DNA from: Utricularia gibba
Lineage: Eukaryota; Plantae; Magnoliophyta
Assembly (NCBI GenBank): GCA_002189035.1
Contig: NEEC01000021.1
Span: 992,001 to 1,056,000 of the forward strand
Reading direction: 5' to 3'
Length of the DNA stretch: 64,000 bases
The translations under genes were made by a program, and so were the position numbers. Under the pieces are notes generated by a model. That model had not been told where the DNA came from and did no database searches. It saw only the letters and a program-made list of their open reading frames with translations. Below are positions 27,124 to 40,853 of the stretch, in pieces (within the stretch, counting starts at the first letter, position 1; each line of letters begins with the position of its first letter).

Positions 27124-29345
27124 ATGGCGCAGCAGGTGGAGGAGGAGAAGCAGAAGCTTTGCCTCCTACGAAGAAACCTCAAGGATCTCTCTTCCCAGGT
27201 ACTCGCCGTCCCCTAACACCTTCTCCATTCATATGGGAGGGAAGATGATGATACTTCTGCCGACAGAAATATGTTAGAAGCAGAAGCTCTGGTTCATGTT
27301 TTACAACACTGTAATAATAATATTTTCATTTCAACACATGACGCATGATACCTTAATAAAAAATCATTTTACAAAATTTTATTAGAATAATTTAACAAAT
27401 AATATATTCAAAATTATTTATACTTATAAATATATATTTAAATTTATTTTCATTTACCTTATATATTTAAACTAGTTATAAAACAAAAAATTAGTGCTAA
27501 ATTTTGTTGTATATAAAATCGAAATTGATTTACAGAAATTATCTTATTTTTTAAAAATTTTGAAAACCATTTAAATTTTTGGTTTTAATAATTTGATATA
27601 TTTTTTTGTAATGTTGAAATTTAAAGATTAAATTCCCTTTATATTGATTTATTTATTTAGACATAAATATATGTCTAAACCCTTTATAATTTTCAAGATA
27701 TTTGTATTTGTAAAGTAATCTAATCTTCATTACTCATATATAAAACAATATAACGCATATTCTTATTTTATTAATTATTTCTATTTTTTATTGTAAAAAA
27801 TAGAAATATAATATAAAATTGAAATGACACTAAATTATATAACAATCATTCTCAACATAATTGTTAAATAGTATTATACAATAATTTTTTATTTTTCTTT
27901 TTTTTTTTTTATCTGGACATCACAATGATCCAGCAGCCGCTAGAAGACACGACCCTGCTGAGGTTCCTTCGTGCCCGAGACCTGAATGTGGAGAAAGCCA
28001 CAGAGATGTACACCAAATACATGACATGGCGATCATCTTTCGTCCCCGACGGATCCATCTCAGCGTCGCAAGTCCCAAACCAGATAGCCCAGGACAAGAT
28101 GTTCATCCAGGGGAAAGACAAGTGCGGTCGCCCCATTGCAGTCGTCCTCGGCTCCAGACACTTCTCTTGCAAGAACGGGGTCGAGGAGTTCAAACGTACG
28201 TTGTCCTCTCGGCTCCTCCTCACTTGTCTGTTTTGAGCTGATTTGAATGGGGTTTTCAGGGTACCTGGTTTTCGCCCTCGACAAGCTCTGCTCAAGGTGC
28301 TTATGATTTGTTTCGAGTGTTGGGGTGTTTGGGTCTCCTGTGTGAGGGTCTGATAGTCTGTGTGCGAGTCCAGGGCTTCTGAGGAAGAAGGGAAGTTCAC
28401 CATTATTGGAGATCTTGAAGGATTCAGCTACAGAAACAGTGATGTTCGTGGATACTTGGCTGCTATTTCCCTTCTGCAGGTACACTTTTTTCTCCAAAAT
28501 ATTTGTTAAATATTGAGAGAGTAAGTTATTCCACACAATAAAATTTATACATTTACATGAATTAAATTTGCATGTTATTCAGAATTTGTTACGTTGAAAT
28601 GCTTATTTTATAATAAACCATTTGAATCCTAAGAGTAACATGCTATTAAAAATACCTTTAGAAAATTAATAGTTAATCTTTCTTGTTTTAGTGTTATTTT
28701 TCCTGCTCCTCTTTGTGGGAGGGCAGGGGAAAATTGATCCACTCTCAGGTTTGATGCTTGAAGTTTGTTACCATTAAAATGTACTTTATAATGAATCATT
28801 TGAATCATAGGAATAATAGATAACATTATTAATTGATATTTCTTATTTTCATATTCTTTTTACTGCTCATTATTTGTGGGAGGGGAGGGGAGAACCAGTC
28901 TAACTAGAGTACTGAAAAAAATCATTTTTTTTCGATATTTGGATGTCTAGCGTCATAATCTCGTATTTTTTTTATCACATCAAACACTGAAATCTGAATC
29001 CATATGCCATATTTCAATGCTTCATCCATGTTCCATGGCAGGAATTCTACCCAGAAAGACTGGGGAGAGTGTTCGTCGTGCATGCACCTTCCATATTCAT
29101 GGCACTGTGGAAGATTATATGCCCGCTGATCGACAAGAACACCAGGAAAAAAGTGCTATCTCTGAACACGAACTCTTCATATGCATCCAATAACACGTTT
29201 CTCATTGTTTTGTAATCCTTTTGCGCAGATCGTGTTCGTGGAGAACAGCAAACTGCTCGCCACTCTGCTCCAGGACATCGATGAAGAAGAGCTTCCGCAG
29301 CTTTATGGAGGCAGCTTGAAACTAGTCCCAGCTCAGAATTGCTAG
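27124..29345 (+). CDS. CRAL-TRIO/Sec14-like lipid-binding protein, 6 exons, intact
   Basis: Exons 27124-27198, ~27934-28195, 28260-28296, 28374-28479, 29042-29152, 29229-29345 give LLRFLRARDLNVEKA, QGKDKCGRPI, FYPERLGRVFVVHAP and LPQLYGG. Confidence 0.9.
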
Positions 29346-31377
29346 TTCCCCTCCCACTTTTGCTTTTTCCACGCCCTTTCAGAGTGATTCTAAGTTTGGG
29401 AGATTTATGCATGCTTGTATTATATAAAATATAATTATCTTTAATATTATAAAACTGTCTCGTAAATAATAATTGAGATCGTTATTATTTAAAAGTTTTA
29501 GGATGAAATGAAAAAAATATATTCAAATTTTTTCTCGAAACTTTTTTTTTTAAATTTATTCAAAAATTCAAGTTTTAAATGAAGTAAAAAAATCGAAATT
29601 TTTAGGAAAATTACTAAAGCTGCCACCTTCGCCCCAAAATAGGGTTCAATGGGGCCCGGCCGCATTAACAAAGAAGATCCAATCAATAATTGACACGTTG
29701 TCCCCACACAGTGTACGTCATCCCAGAGCTCCAGCACGGGGCTGCTGTCAAATTTTGATTTAGTTTTTATTAAACGAAATAAAAATTGATTTTTTTATTA
29801 ATATGCATTAATAATTGTGATTTCTAAATTTTTAAATAGAAATATAAATTACTAGTAAAACCATATTCGATAATAGCTATATTTTTTAATAAATATTTTT
29901 TTTATAAAACATATATACCAAGTATTTTTTTTTATATTTGATAATGTTTACAAATATGCATATATTGACAACTACGTTTATTTTCTAGATCAAGTATATT
30001 TTTCAAAATTTTCATTTTACGTAAATTATAATAATGAAGCGATGTTCGATTATTTTTTCTATTTGTATAGGAAACATAATATTATTTTAAACGTACATTT
30101 GTTAAAATTATATAATAAGCAAAATTTCAATTTAATAACGTGATAATCATAATTACACTACCGAAGGTAGAAGAAGTGCTTTTAAAGAGTGGTAAAAACA
30201 TTGCAAATGTTGAAGACGATGGGAATGGAGGAATTGTTGGTGTTCTGAGCATGAAAGGGAAATTTCAATTCTGAAAGGGGTCAGTACGGATGAACACAGC
30301 AGCCATAAATACTTGGTAGTCATCACTTGCATCAGAATTCAATTCACCCCAAAAGGTAACGATTTTACATCTTTTGCAATCTTCTAGGTTCAACTCTTTC
30401 TTCGTACTTGTGCTGCTCTCACATTGCAAAGGAATAGTAGTTGTTGGATCATTTAAGCATTCGCACAGACCCCATCCCTCTTCGCCCAGAGCATAAAATA
30501 AGCCAAAGTTTCTTACAGATAGGGAGTGCCAGCAACTTACCACTGTGCATGCAGGTAGGTATTCGATGATATGCCTAAACGAATTCCAGGGCAGTTTTGT
30601 CTTTCTAGTTTGGTGTCGGCAAAAGCTCCTACTTTGCTGCATTGGATAATCTTATAATTTGATAGCTATGGTTGGCTTTTTCTTCCCCCTCAATCTCTGC
30701 GTTGCCCAAACTGTTTGTTCCTCATTTGAAGATTAACCACCGGGGAGTATGTAAAAGCCCTGGTTTTTATGTGATAACCATTATCAAATTTTGGATTCTC
30801 TGAACTTGTGGAATGTGGGTGTAAGAATTTTAAGGAGTGTGGCCCTGATTTAGCCCTCAGATGAAGATGTATTTCCTGTTTGAGGATCCTCCATGTTTCC
30901 AACTTTCACAGGGGAACAAGTGTGATTTACTTATACTGGTAAACTGCAGAAACAAGTTTTAATATTTTTTGTTACAGCAGTTTATGTCTATTGTTATCTT
31001 ACATGAATGAATATTGCAGAAGGACAGGTGTCTTAAAACCATAGTTCAATCCACTGAGACAGCTTTCAGCTGAAGGCTGGGACCCCTCTACAGAGGGCAA
31101 ATGCAACAGTGGGGTGGTACATTGTTCTGAGCATGCTATTCCAAAAGCACATTGGCATTCAGTTATGCTTTGCAGATAGTTTTCCAATCAAAAGATCTTT
31201 TCAATATTAATAAATAAATGAATCTATTTTGAATTCTAATGACTTTTTCTGGGAAAATAGCAACATAAGAAAATGTTGACAAGCTTTAAATGCAGAACTC
31301 TCACTCAACACCAGCCCTACTCCTCCAAGTGTCAAAACAAGCAGCTCTTGACTCTCTGTGCCATAGTTCGAAAACAA

Positions 31378-33287
31378 ATGGATCCTGATGCTTTCTCTTC
31401 CAATTTGTTCAAATGGGACCCAAGAACTGGTCTCCCGGGTACAAACAGGCTGCTTGAGCCGGTGGTGCCAATGGTTGCCCCGCCTCAGGTAGCATACTCC
31501 ATCAGGCCGAGAGAGCTTGGGGGTTGGAGGAGCTTTTTCAAGCTTATGGGATCAGATACTTCACTGCTGCTAAAATTGCAGAGCTTGGCTTCACTGTGAA
31601 CACTCTGTTAGATATGAGGGATGAGGAGCTTGATGAAATGATGAACAGCCTTTGCCAAATTTTCAGGTGGGATCTCCTTGTTGGCGAGAGATACGGCATC
31701 AAAGCAGCCGTTAGGGCAGAAAGGCGACGCCTTGATGAGGAGGAGGCACGGCGGCGCCACCTCCTCTCCGGTGACACTATCCATGCCCTTGATGCGTTGT
31801 CGCAAGAAGGTCAGCGTTTTCGTGGCAGTAAATTTCATCTCTTCGCACCAGAAACACATTCAATCATAAATAACTCTACTATTTACAGCACTGTTTTCTT
31901 GCTAGCTTATAGTAATCAAATTATGCATATCTTACTATATTGTACATTTTCTGATGCTTTTCCTTAAATTCTGGAAGTAGGGCTATCAGAGGAACCAGTG
32001 CAACAGGAGAAGGAGGCAGCAGGAAGCGGCAGCGGTGGAATGTGGGAGATGATGGCGGTGCCTAGCGGAAGTAGGAAGCATCAGCAGCAGCAGCGGCGTA
32101 AGAACTACAAGGGTCGTTCCAGAATGGCTTCAGTTGAGGACGATGACGACAACGATGATGAGACTGAAGGTGCCGATGATGACGACAACTGCGGCGGATG
32201 CGAACGGCAGAGGGAGCATCCTTTCATCGTCACCGAGCCTGGTGAAGTAGCTCGTGGGAAGAAGAATGGCCTAGACTACCTCTTCCATCTCTACGAGCAG
32301 TGCCGCGAATTCTTGATCCAAGTTCAGAACCTTGCCAAGGAAAGAGGCGAAAAATGTCCCACCAAGGTTAGCTTCCTTCTACCTTTCCCCTTCAATCCCA
32401 GTCCTTACCTTTTCTTGAGGATCCAGTTTACTTGCACTTCTAGTTTAACATAGGTTGATTTGTAACATTTCAACAAACCGTAGGACATGACAACACACTT
32501 TGCTTCTTGCTGATTCTACTAGATTCGGAACAAGAACTAAATCATTATGCCTAGCAGATATCACAATCTTGCACACACCCTCTGGTTAGTATGAATAGTT
32601 TCATTGTAGTAGGTAGTTGTCACGGTCAACCAGTGAGATTTGCAAAGGAAAGTAAAAGAGCCATAGAGAGCAATGATGGCTTGTGTGTATCAGTAGGCCT
32701 GTTGTTATTGGAGGTGTCATCAGGTGAGCTCGACAGCTCAGTTCAGAATTCTCGGCCTGACTGAAGAAAGTCCCTAGGGGCCCAAAAAATCAATGTCCTT
32801 GTAGCTTTGTCTGTTTCCACTAGGGCTCCCAAACCCTAATCCTCTGTACCACAGTTTCACCTTTATTCTTCCTTGTGTGTCCTCACTAAATCATGGGAAT
32901 CTTTTTCAGGTCACCAACCAGGTTTTCAGATATGCAAAGAAAGCAGGGGCCAACTACATCAACAAGCCTAAGATGCGCCATTATGTTCACTGCTATGCTC
33001 TCCATTGCTTGGATGAAGATACATCTGATGCACTGAGGCGCGCCTTTAAGGAGCGCGGTGAGAACGTGGGTGCCTGGCGCCAGGCTTGCTACAAGCCCCT
33101 TGTTGCTATTGCTGCTCCTCAGGGGTGGGATATTGACGCCATCTTTAATGCTCATCCGCGTCTTGCTATATGGTATGTCCCGACGAAGCTCCGGCAGCTT
33201 TGCCATGCTGAGAGAAGCGCCGCCGCCGCGGCCGCCGCCTCCGCTGCAAGCTCCGTTACAGGTGTTGCACATATGCACCCCTTTTGA
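31378..33287 (+). CDS. LFY: LEAFY/FLORICAULA floral meristem identity factor; apparent 1-bp deletion at 31519-31523
   Basis: Canonical three exons 31378-31809, 31981-32366, 32910-33287. MDPDAFS..FKWD, the SAM region [22 protein letters not shown] and the [54 protein letters not shown] are present. Confidence 0.97.
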
Positions 33288-35457
33288 GGGACTGGAAGTG
33301 GGGTGGATGGCTGGATGGGTGTCGTGTTTGCTCTATGTTATGGATGGTCTATTTTTCAGTGGTGTTGTCCAGTCAACTACTTTTTTTCGGGAAAAAAAAT
33401 GAAGTTTTAAGTTTTATCTAAATTTAGGGTTTTCGAAAAAAAATTCTCTATATCAAAACAAAATATTTTGTAATTTCGATTATTGGGTTTAGTCCGTAAT
33501 CCGAAATTTTACCAAATTTGGAACATGGCCATAAGACTTGAAATTCTTGCCCTTAGTATCATCATATACAAAATATGGAGTTGCAAGTCGAATTGGGCTT
33601 TTGATAAAAAGACGTATGGGCCGGCTCGTTAATGCGAAAGGTGGGGCAACTGGGAGGCCCAAACCAATACCGTGCCTGGCCCAACTAATCACATAAACGG
33701 ACAAAAAGCGGTAGGTTCAATTAATCTATTTTTTTTTAAAAAATATCAACTCGCATTATCGCCTTTTTTTTAGTAATTAAATCCCACGACTGGGATATTT
33801 GTCTTTTTCTATTATGAGAAATCCAAATAGTAAACAATACCAACAAGTCACGCCATCCAACAACGTGAAGACAAAATAAATCACGACAATTATTAAAAAA
33901 ATACGGTTCTTTTTTTATGGAAAAATTTTGAAAATCGAAATATATTTTGATCGATTTTGTTAATTAATTTCGGATTCATTGGTATTTTTTTAAATAGTTA
34001 TTTTAAGTTATTTTTATCAAATAAAATTTATAAATAATTGAGAATGGAAGGTAGAAATAACTCCAAGCAATTCAAGTTAGTGAAGGATAAGGATATTTCA
34101 ACAACTTGGCAAGAAGAAAAATATGTCCCAACAAACTCCTAAGTTTGATGATTTGTTTAAAATTTACGTTACTATCATTTAAAATAAGACAAAGTTTATA
34201 AATTTAGACTTAAAATGCGTTTTGTAAATATATGTAGATTCTATTTAGTCGAAAATTATTTTTAGAAAATTAATTCTAATAAAATAGAATTTGAGTGTTT
34301 TCAACTTTTTTTTAAAAAAATATGTTTAGATTTCTAGTTTTTTAGAATAAAAATCATTAGTATTTGGTAATAAAATTAATTTTATAATATTTTTTGAAAA
34401 TCAAAATTGTGTTGCCCTATTTGGTTTGTAATATAGAAAATAAGGTTTCTATAGTTCTTTAATGATAAGAGGTACCTTTAAATTAATGTTTTTTATTTTG
34501 AAAAAAAATCATTTATTTGATAATAAAATTAATTATTAAATATTTTTAAAAGCAAAATTATTTATTATGGATAGATTCCTATAGAAATAGTTGAATTATA
34601 ATTTAAAATCAATTTTTTAAAAAAATATATTCAAAATAAACCTTCAGTTTTTCCTTAAATCGTCTACCAAACACTATCTAGATTATTTGTGTTTCGTTTC
34701 CATTTCATTCCATTTTACCGAATACGATCTATGAATAATTGTTATATACATGAATCGAAAAACGGAACGAATGAATCGATTAAGAAGTAAGTTAGCAAAC
34801 ATATGAATCAATTCAAAATGGGAACTTGTAATAAAAGGATGTAATTTAGGGCATTTTGTATATGGCATGATATATTTTTTATTTTATTATTTGTGAATTA
34901 AAAGGATAAAAAAACAAAAAAAGGACGCCATGGTGAACTTTTGTGGTGGAGGCGATGAATGGATAAGATCTGACCGCATGCCGTGTTGTCGATGACGTCC
35001 GTTCAGTGGACTTGGCAACGGATGGAATTCTATCGATCGCCATTAAAGGCGTTTTTCAAGCTCTCTCCGAATAAGCAAAAGGTGTTCGTTTGGATAAGGA
35101 CCCACGACGCTTCCACTGCTCCGAGCAGTCAGTATTTATCCGATTATTGATTCGGTGGCTGAATCCCCATCTTCTCCGTTTCTGTGCCGATTTCAATTGC
35201 GTGCTCCCGGGAGTTCTCGGTTGATTATATCCTCTCCCTGGTTCTTAGGGTTCTTCGGTTGTCGATAAATTGGAAGGATAGAGTACAGGAATCGGAATCA
35301 TTAATCTAACGCTGACTGAAATTTTGCTGGCTCTTGCGAATCGGGACCTCGTTCTCTTTAATCCCTAGACGGGTTGTTGAATTCGCGTCTTCTCGTTTGT
35401 GGGTTTTCGTTTTCTGGGCGTTGTTCATCGGAAACTTGGGTTTTTGTGACGAAAAAA

Positions 35458-36065
35458 ATGGCTGCTTCTGCGGGGTGTTTCTCTACGTCAAACGCTTTTG
35501 TTCAGTTTGTTGATTCTTCCATTGGAGGAAGAAGAAAAAGAAACAGTGACAAGAAAAAGAGGTCCAGAGTTTCTTCCGCCTTCACCGATCCTTACAAGAC
35601 TCTGAGTATTACTCCTGGCGCCTCAGAATCCGAGGTCAAGAAGGCCTTCAGAAAGCTCGCTCTCCAGGTTCCCCACCTTCTCCCTTTCCCTCTTTCACGC
35701 CAATGACTGAGACTGTGGACTTACGTGAGCCTTTTGTTGTGTCCATGCAGTATCACCCTGACGTCTGCAGAGGAAGCAACTGCTGCGTCCAGTTCAGCAA
35801 AATCAACGAAGCATACGATGTGAGTTTCCCTCTGCTCCACAAGAAACACATCAATCACCATGGCTGACGACACTTGATGATGCAGGTTGTGATGAGGAAC
35901 CTGAGAGGTGAACCGAGCTCGGATGAGGCGTGGGCATGCGACCCGGACGTGGACGAGCCGATGCGGGGGATGGATGACCCGAATTGGGAGCTGTGGGAGG
36001 AGTGGATGGGGTGGGAGGGAGCTGGGATCAGAGACTATTCCTCCCACATCAACCCCTACATCTAA
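35458..36065 (+). CDS. Chloroplast DnaJ protein 8-like (J-domain), intact
   Basis: Exons 35458-35667, 35751-35819, 35886-36065 give [30 protein letters not shown] and the C-terminal [23 protein letters not shown]. Confidence 0.9.
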
Positions 36066-36262
36066 TCTTCGATGATCTGATGATCATGTTGCTGCTGTAC
36101 ATAGAACAGGAGCTGCTGCTGCTGCTCCCTGTCGTGTTGTAGATGTTAGATTAAGCTCATCCAACTGGTCCACTTCGAGTGTCCGTGTTGAAGGACACTC
36201 AGCTGATGTTAATCAAGGACTCAATTCCAACCTATTAATCCAACACATCCCATGCTCAGAAT

Positions 36263-36706
36263 TAGAGTTTAATCGGTTCGAAACAGAAGTATTCGCATGG
36301 GTTCGGTTATGATTTCGATTCGGTTCGACATATTTGAAATTTCGCAATTAGATAGCCATAGTTGATTAGTGCGAAAGTGATGGAGCTGACGGTTTGAAAA
36401 AATATTTAAAATTAGAAAAATATTTTTTTATTTTTAGAATTATTTTTAAATATCTTTAATAATAGTTACGGGAGTATAAAAAATTCTTTAAAAAAATAAG
36501 ACATTTTGTTAACACTCACAACGATTCATGTATATGTTTTAGAATTAATCTCTAAAAAAATCAAAATTGAAACGATTCCAATTTCGATTCGATTCAAGAT
36601 TTACAAATCATTTTGAAACCAAAATTGATAATGAATTGCGGTTTATGAACCAACAATTCGAAAAAAAAAAGTTCGATTCTGAACTGTGAAACCGGTCACA
36701 ACTCTA
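36263..36706. mobile_element. hAT-type MITE between DnaJ8 and WRKY 3' ends
   Basis: TIR TAGAGTT/AACTCTA. Flanks CTCAGAAT and CTCATTAT (6/8 match). Shares AGAATTAATCTCTAAAAAA and TTCGATTCGATTCAAGATTT with the 13554 element. Confidence 0.7.
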
Positions 36707-37119
36707 CTCATTATAATTACAAAAAACCATCCCGTTCACGGTTCAAAATATGATTTAACTGATTGTCTTTAAAAAAAAACATTTTTTTGATGTTTTTTAA
36801 TGTATAAAAAATATCAAATCGTGATTAAGTTATAAATAAAGTATGATTTATTGTATTTTAAAAAGTGGTTCGAATTTAATCTATCATACAAGTTTTAAAC
36901 TCTGGGTTCGAGGATCTGGGCTCGAGGAACAACATAAATGGGCCGAGCCGTGCAATGAGCCTTGTCTCATTAGGACAACGGCCTGTCTGAGATTGTTTAT
37001 GGGCCTCTTACAGAGGCCCAACGATTCACTCGTGTATGAGAAAGCTCATTTTTCTTTCTCATACACAGGGAAAATTCTGACATTCATGTAGAGAAATCGC
37101 ATTTTCCCGAATCACGTCT

Positions 37120-38350
37120 TTAACTTTTCTCTGCCTGGAGAAGCTTCCCAGAAATGGCGGTAGCCAAAGCTGCCTTGAAGCTCGGGTCTTGGGTAAGCAC
37201 AGAAGCCATTTCCTCGACTAACAGCTGCTGGATCTCTAAGCTGTCCACTTTTGCTGTCTTAGCTTCTGGGGATTGCTTCTGCTTAGTCAGATCAAGAGTC
37301 ACTGTTGGGGTGAGAGTGTTTGCGCTTGTGATGTTGGTAACTGCTACTGATCCTCTACTGAGATTCTGATGCGCTTGGACTTGAGATGGATTTGGATGGT
37401 TGTGCTCTCCTTCATAAGTTGCAATCAGAATGGATTGATCCTCCATGCTTCTTTGAACCTGAGTTTCATGAGCAAAGACTGGTTTCAGATGAATCAATCC
37501 CTTTGAGGTAAGTGACAGAAGGTGTACAAAGATATGCTGCTACCTTCTTCTTAACATGACAGTTTGGAGCAAATGAACACTTGAAATAAGCTCTGGGACA
37601 AGGGTTGTCCCTAGTCAGTTTCTGCCCGTACTTCCTCCATTGATACCCATCTTTAACTATCTGCAAATCAATGAAGAAAAGCCTCCTTTTCAGTCCCTAT
37701 AGCTTGAAAATGGAGATTTGAGGTTCATGGCTTACTTACCAAGCTAGTATCAGACGCTTCTGTTCTAACATGAACCTGCGAGATCGTAGTCATTACAAGC
37801 TCCTCCCTCGGTTTCTTTATCGACTCTTGGTCACCGGAGGTGCTCTCAGATGCTCCGCCGTTGATGCTACTGTTGTCATTCCCGGCTTTCCGCTTCTTTG
37901 AATCACCGGAGGTGTTATCGCTTTCCGCTCTAGCAGAGTTCTTGGTACTCCGTAACTGGTTCCTTAATTCAGTGTACTTCTGCGACAGGAGCTTCAGCTT
38001 CTCCTTCAAGATCCTGTTTTCTTCCCCTACTCTGTTCATCTCCTCCGTCAAAGCTACCCTCTGCACAAGACAAAGCAGCGGTTCAAAATCAATATACCAG
38101 ATCCGCTTCCCATGATTCGTAGTACAACACGCACCTCTTGCTGATCAGACAAGACATAGAAATTTCTACCCAGACCCAGAAAACCATCTCGGAGCTCCTC
38201 CTTCTGAAACACACAAAAAAACGTTAGCAAAGCTGCTGAAATCACATAACCCACAGAAGGGACTTACCGGCAAGAGGGACATCTCATTACAGGGTCTTCT
38301 GGGCTTGGAATTCAGACCAGAGGAGGAGCTAAAAGGCTTGTGAACTCCAT
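37120..38350 (-). CDS. WRKY40: Group IIa WRKY (WRKY40-like); apparent 1-bp deletion at ~38317
   Basis: MEFTSLL start, leucine zipper ([17 protein letters not shown]), [60 protein letters not shown], and C-terminal VTLDLT and [13 protein letters not shown]. One added base restores L(D/G)LNSKP. Confidence 0.88.
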
Positions 38351-38507
38351 GAAACGAATCACCCACACAGAAGCAGCAGAGATCACAGACAGAGAGCAGA
38401 ACCCTCAAATTCGATTAGCGAGAGTGGATTGGGAGATCCCCAGCACCCTATTTGTAGATTCCCAGGCGTCAAAATGACTGGTTGAGCAGAAGGAAGATAC
38501 TTGCCCT

Positions 38508-39011
38508 GGTCAACATGCAACACCAACCAACCACGACCAAGCAGTAAAGGAGCTGCTTGACTTTTCCTTTCCTTTGACTTGAGCAAGTCACAAATGTCTA
38601 TTTAATAATAAATATTTTTTTAAAAAAAAATTAAATTATATGCCATACATATCACTCGAATTTTAGAACTATGATTACAAAATTTGATAAAATAATAAAA
38701 ATAAAAAGTGGGATATAAATATATTGTTTATTTATATAGAAAATATATATTAAATAGCATTCGGATTGGGGAGAAAGCGGTCAAAGATGCGGAAAACTTG
38801 GTGAGCCCCAGGATTTTGAACTTCCCTTGAAATAGAAAGTCAAAGATGCCATTCCTGGCCTAAGAAGAAGGTAGGTTATTTATAGTCGATATTATTTCCT
38901 AATAAATTTTATTTATTTATTTTCCAAGCAAAAATATATGTATAAAATAATTAATAAATATAAATATAAATAATATTTTTTAGAAATACCATGAGCCTTA
39001 GACGTGGTCAA
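38508..39011. promoter_or_regulatory. W-box cluster upstream of the WRKY gene
   Basis: TTGACY on either strand at 38508, 38557, 38574, 38779, 38838 and 39006, all within ~660 bp of the ATG. Confidence 0.6.
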
Positions 39012-40479
39012 TGGGCGCACACCGATCTAAATCTATCTAAAAAATCTTCATCATATTAATTATTAGTTAATGGCGTGATTAATCGACAAATCCAACCATG
39101 TCGTGTTGATTATCGAAGATGAGATCAATTCAACTTCGTGTCAAATTTCGTTTTGAATATTTAAAAAGATGTTTCTGAAAAAAGACGTTCTATAAACAAT
39201 TTTTTTATCAAATATAAACTAATAAATGACGTATCAGTTTAGAAGTATTGCTATTTTATACTATTAGATATTTTTCTCATATTTTATTTTTTCAGAAACA
39301 TAGTCATACTATTGAAGTTAAGAATCCTATATACCAATAAACATATGTAAAATCTAAATACACAATAAATATTGATCGAAAATATTAAAACTCATAATTA
39401 TAATGTATAATTTGTTTATATACTAGATTATTTTAATTTTAAATGAAATGAATATGATACAATTTATTACACAACAAGCAAAATAGAAAATTATATAGAG
39501 AAGCAAAACTCTAAGATTTTATTTGATTGATGTGTTTAGATATTAGTGAATTTAAATTATTTAGATTTAATAAAGTCAAATATATAGATATAAAAATAAT
39601 CATTCCTTGGATATACGTATATAATACTTTTATATATACGTATATATATAGAATATAAATATATCCATATACCAAATAATATAATTTTATATATAAACCA
39701 ATTTTATAACTTCATATCAAACAAGTCCTAACGGATAGAACAGATGGTCCATCGATGTAATCACCATGGATAGAAATTGAGGACGAATGATGGATAGGGT
39801 TTTGGCCGCATCCCCATTTCACACCGAGCATTCATTCAAGTTCGACTCCGGAGGCTTGTATCTTTTATGTCGGCAGCCGATATGGTGGAAATTTGCAAGA
39901 CTTTTTCCCGACGGAAGTCCACGGCGGGAGTAACGGTCGTAATCCCCAATAATGTCAAATTCGTCAATTTTATTGCACTGATGGACGGTGTTGGACCAGC
40001 GTCGGTGTTGAGCGCCGGTCAACGTGTTGTCATTCGCTTACAACCGCCGAATGTCCCACTTGCACGTTCTCCCTGTCTGCTGCCTCCTCCAAATTTAAAT
40101 CATAATTGAACTCGAAGTTTTAATGGGTGTTTTAAAAGAATACCGAATGTACGTTTCTCTTTGACATATCAAATCTTTTTTTTTCACATCGGATGCGTAT
40201 TTTTTTTACATAGTAATTTGACAATAGTTATTTTAAAAAAAAAAACCTCCTTGTTCAATTCATATTTATTGTCAAATCATAGAATTAATTCAATCTATTT
40301 AAGTAATATTTTTATTTTTAAAATATTATTAATTTAATTCAATTTAAATATATGATTACACGGAAAATATTTTTGGATTCAATCCGTTATTTGCACCATT
40401 CAAAGCCCAGCCCAACATATGCACCGTGGAATCCGACGCACGACACGTGGTCGCCGGCATGTCGTCCATTCAGATGATT

Positions 40480-40545
40480 CCACGTCATTATGAACACCTG
40501 GCGGTGGTTTATTGGCTAGCTTCATTGGGCCTATGCCACGTCATC
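40480..40545. promoter_or_regulatory. Two UPRE-like elements (TGACGTGG) in the SDF2 promoter
   Basis: CCACGTCA at 40480-40487 and CCACGTCATC at 40536-40545 preceded by ATTGG. A G-box lies at 40444 and a TATA-like sequence at ~40587. Confidence 0.65.
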
Positions 40546-40853
40546 TTAGTTATACGATTTTGTTACCTAGACGAGGATCCACACCCATATATAAACTCGT
40601 ATCGCCTCAAGATCCCATTCTTTTCGGAACTCCGTGTACGGTAACCGAAGAAGGTCCAGCCGTGGCTCCCCGCGATCACAAGAATCCTCAGAGCAACCTC
40701 ACGCGAAGGAAATCGGCGCCGGAGAACGCCTCATCATTCACCTCAAGGCCGCCTGGTTCTCGAATAGTTTACAAGGACTCCATTGACCCAGGGGATTCGG
40801 ATCTCGTGCCGCCGTTTTGGCAGAGGACTTGGTTTGTAGTTATGCTACTGACT

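Noticed and set aside
30614-31061. Auxin response elements (TGTCGG, GAGACA) in the LFY promoter
   Set aside because: Isolated 6-mers are expected by chance, and there is no paired spacing.
40512-40853. Long N-terminal extension of SDF2 (ORF 40512-41012)
   Set aside because: It starts at a non-ATG codon upstream of the TATA-like box and would bury the signal peptide.
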